Virus record (IMG/VR): IMGVR_UViG_2563366969_000006
Origin: a virus
Lineage: Duplodnaviria > Heunggongvirae > Uroviricota > Caudoviricetes
Direction: 5' to 3' (one strand)
DNA: 19,074 nt
Shown: piece after piece, positions 16,934 to 19,074 of the stretch
How positions within the stretch are numbered: position 1 is the stretch's first letter
Layout of the letters: each line of letters opens with the position of its first letter
Notes under the pieces: model-generated
Databases searched by the model: none
Told to the model about the DNA's origin: nothing
What the model saw: only the letters and a program-made list of their open reading frames with translations
Program-made: the position numbers and the translations under genes

Positions 16934-17737
16934 TTAATCCGGCTTTGCGTTCTTTTGGCTGTTGTCTCGGTTAATAGGGCAGGCAGTCCTCTCTATGAGC
17001 GTTGCAAGAGCATTACTTGCCCCCCACTGCTTAAGCTCCCTGGTTATCGCTTCTTGATTTCCCCTGGTGGCAAAATCATTTTCTGGATCGTAATTGGCCC
17101 ACTCTCTGTTTCTAATCTCAATAGCCTTAGCTAATGGGTCTTTATCCCAGTATTTATATAAGTGTATCGGGCGCTCTTGCTCTAACTGCTCTATCCTTGC
17201 CCTTAACTCTGCGTTTTCTCTTTCCAGCATTGCGATTTGGGATAATAAATCATCCTCTGTACGCAACTCTTTCTTTTCAATATCGCGTCCTTGTACCTCG
17301 TCATTTTCAGAAGAGTTAGCGCCTTCCAGCTTCGTTAACGCGTCAAGGACATCGGGAAAAATTGCGAAAATTTCACCCCTTATAAATCCAATGTTCTCAA
17401 ATTCGGGATCTTCCCAATAACCGGACACCAGAAAACCATTTTCATCCCTCTCACCAGGTAAACAACCATGTTTCCGAACCGCATCCAGATTTCTATAAAG
17501 AACATCATAATCAAATTCATCCCGATACGGGTTACAAAAAGATTCCAACAGCTTAAATTCATTTACTGTGTACAGGCGGATATGTTCTCCGCTTATTCTC
17601 CTGAGTATCCAAGTTATGAGATCTGAAACATCATAATCATCACCAGCGACCTTAAGCACGACCTCAAGAAATTCACGTAAAGAAATAAAATCTTTTTTGT
17701 ATTCGTTTAATTCGGCATGAATATCAATCATACGCAC
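16934..17737 (-). CDS. Hypothetical acidic protein (267 aa) with predicted coiled-coil, between integrase and alpA
   Basis: ORF with GAGGTG ribosome-binding site; the segment LLSQIAMLERENAELRARIEQLEQER looks like a coiled coil; no enzymatic motif recognised. Confidence 0.6.
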   Translation of the reverse strand: MRMIDIHAELNEYKKDFISLREFLEVVLKVAGDDYDVSDLITWILRRISGEHIRLYTVNEFKLLESFCNPYRDEFDYDVLYRNLDAVRKHGCLPGERDENGFLVSGYWEDPEFENIGFIRGEIFAIFPDVLDALTKLEGANSSENDEVQGRDIEKKELRTEDDLLSQIAMLERENAELRARIEQLEQERPIHLYKYWDKDPLAKAIEIRNREWANYDPENDFATRGNQEAITRELKQWGASNALATLIERTACPINRDNSQKNAKPD

Positions 17738-17859
17738 ACCTCAGCGTCCTCTACTGTAGTGGCTGTGCCAGCCCGTCGAGGTATACGGTTTTTCGGGAGC
17801 GACCCTAGACACAGCTTTTTCTTTCGTCGCTCAAAGTCTACTACTGTATACTCAACCAG

Positions 17860-19074
17860 TCATCCACATTTTCCGAACTTGCCATGCACCACGTTGCCGC
17901 CCTGTTCCAGTGAGTCCATATAGTCGGCGTACCACTGGAGCATCTCGCGCCGCCCGTCCAGATATTGCGCATGATTGTACGTGCCACGAATTGAGTTCTT
18001 ATCAACGTGTGCAAGCTGCGTTTCTATCCACGCGGTGTTATAGCCCTGCTCATGTAAAATCGTGCTCATCGTGTGCCGGAACCCATGACCAGTAACGCGC
18101 CCAGAATAGCCAATACGACGAATAAGCACGTTCATCGCCATTTCACTCATCGGCTTACTGTGCTGGATTCGACCAGGGAAAATAAACTGATACTGCCCCG
18201 TCATGTGTTTTAACTGTTCCAGAATAGCGATCGCCTGTTCTGAAAGCGGCACACAATGAGGACGGCGCATCTTCATTCGTTCTTTAGGCACTTCCCACAA
18301 ACGATTATCAAAATCGATCTCCTGCCATTCTGCCTGTCGTAATTCCCCTGGCCGGAGCCCTGTCAGAATCAATAATCGCATACCCAGCTTGACGATCTGG
18401 CTTCCGGTGTACGTATTAAGAACGCGGAAAAATTCCGGCAGTTCGTCGGCCTTCAAATAGGCATAATGCTCTTTTTTGTGTGGAGCAAATGCGCTTGCCA
18501 GATCTGGTGCGGGGTTATATTCAGCGCGTCCGGTGATGATTGCGTACCGGAACACCTCGCCGCATCGCTGGCGAACCTTACGCAATTTTTCGGTCGCCCC
18601 ACGGTCATTAAGACGGGAGAGAACCGCAAGCAACTCCATTGGCTTAATTTCTGCGATCGGCCTGCCGCCAATGTACGGAAAAACGTCTTTTTCAAACGTC
18701 TCGATCATTTCCTCGGCGTATGACGATGACCACCTGTCGATCCTCTTTTCATACCATTCGCGAGCGATACCCTCAAAAGTATTGCCAAATTTGCTCGCCT
18801 GTTCTCGCTTTTGAGCTTTTCTGGCCTCACTTGGATTTATACCACCAGCAAGAAGCCTTTTAGCCTCATCCCTTGCCGCTCTGGCATCAGACAGAGACAC
18901 ATCAGGGTACACGCCCAACGACAACATTTTGGGCTTTCCTGCAAATCTGTAACGTAGTCGCCACCCTTTCGAGCCGTTCGGCTCAATGAGTAACGAAAGC
19001 CCGTTACCGTCATTGAGTGTATAAGCCTTTTCTTTCGGCTTCGCGCGCCTGATAGCAAGGTCTGAAAGCAGCAT
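17860..19074 (-). CDS. int: Tyrosine recombinase, P4-family integrase (404 aa)
   Basis: N-terminus LSDLAIRRAKPKEKAYTLNDGNGLSLLIEPNGSKGWRLRY and C-terminal catalytic region HGFRHTMST...LAHVDKNSIRGTYNHAQYL follow the P4/CP4-57 IntA pattern; start codon coincides with the window end. Confidence 0.9.
   Translation of the reverse strand: MLLSDLAIRRAKPKEKAYTLNDGNGLSLLIEPNGSKGWRLRYRFAGKPKMLSLGVYPDVSLSDARAARDEAKRLLAGGINPSEARKAQKREQASKFGNTFEGIAREWYEKRIDRWSSSYAEEMIETFEKDVFPYIGGRPIAEIKPMELLAVLSRLNDRGATEKLRKVRQRCGEVFRYAIITGRAEYNPAPDLASAFAPHKKEHYAYLKADELPEFFRVLNTYTGSQIVKLGMRLLILTGLRPGELRQAEWQEIDFDNRLWEVPKERMKMRRPHCVPLSEQAIAILEQLKHMTGQYQFIFPGRIQHSKPMSEMAMNVLIRRIGYSGRVTGHGFRHTMSTILHEQGYNTAWIETQLAHVDKNSIRGTYNHAQYLDGRREMLQWYADYMDSLEQGGNVVHGKFGKCG

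Larger units (their letters stand above)
1..19074. mobile_element. Partial integrative satellite-like genomic island (P4-like / PICI-like); boundaries not inside the window
   Basis: Co-linear minus-strand module of integrase, AlpA, Bro-N/AntA antirepressors, primase/helicase-like replication protein, iterons and SSB; integrase start is at the right window edge so att and any tRNA are outside. Confidence 0.6.

Noticed and set aside
16789-16974. 61-aa plus-strand ORF in the alpA upstream region
   Set aside because: The repetitive translation comes from the palindromic operator repeats; the region is regulatory.
17860-19074. Attachment site or tRNA adjacent to the integrase
   Set aside because: P4-family integrases usually sit next to a tRNA-embedded att site, but the integrase start coincides with the window end, so any tRNA or att repeat lies outside the sequence and cannot be called.

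Overview
The window looks like most of an integrative, phage-satellite-like island (P4-like / PICI-like architecture) of an enterobacterial host, read almost entirely on the minus strand. From right to left: a P4-family tyrosine integrase (its start is at the window edge; the att site and any tRNA lie outside), an acidic 267-aa unknown protein, AlpA, a translationally coupled AntA-like/Bro-N antirepressor pair, a divergent promoter/operator switch with two small plus-strand genes, then three small genes plus a Walker-A primase/helicase-like replication protein, an iteron origin, a divergent SSB, a ProQ/FinO-family protein, and a 138-aa unknown. Downstream of a terminator sits the most striking feature: a separately promoted, terminator-bounded operon (about 1484-9509) of three very large proteins (843, 686 and about 918 aa) and a small two-helix membrane protein, linked by TAATG/TGATG stop-start overlaps. 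These proteins show no NTPase motifs, have Gly/Ala-rich hydrophobic stretches, an HExxH motif and a conserved-looking RNNNPGN block. I read them as ejection/injected-effector-like or a new conflict (defence or anti-defence) module, but their function is unknown. A second iteron cluster with the same 9-mer (TGCGGGTTA) lies about 10.5 kb from the first, resembling the P4 ori/crr arrangement. No capsid, terminase, psu/sid/delta, rRNA, tRNA, CRISPR or transposase genes are evident. All functional calls are from reading the translations and motifs by eye; no database search was run.
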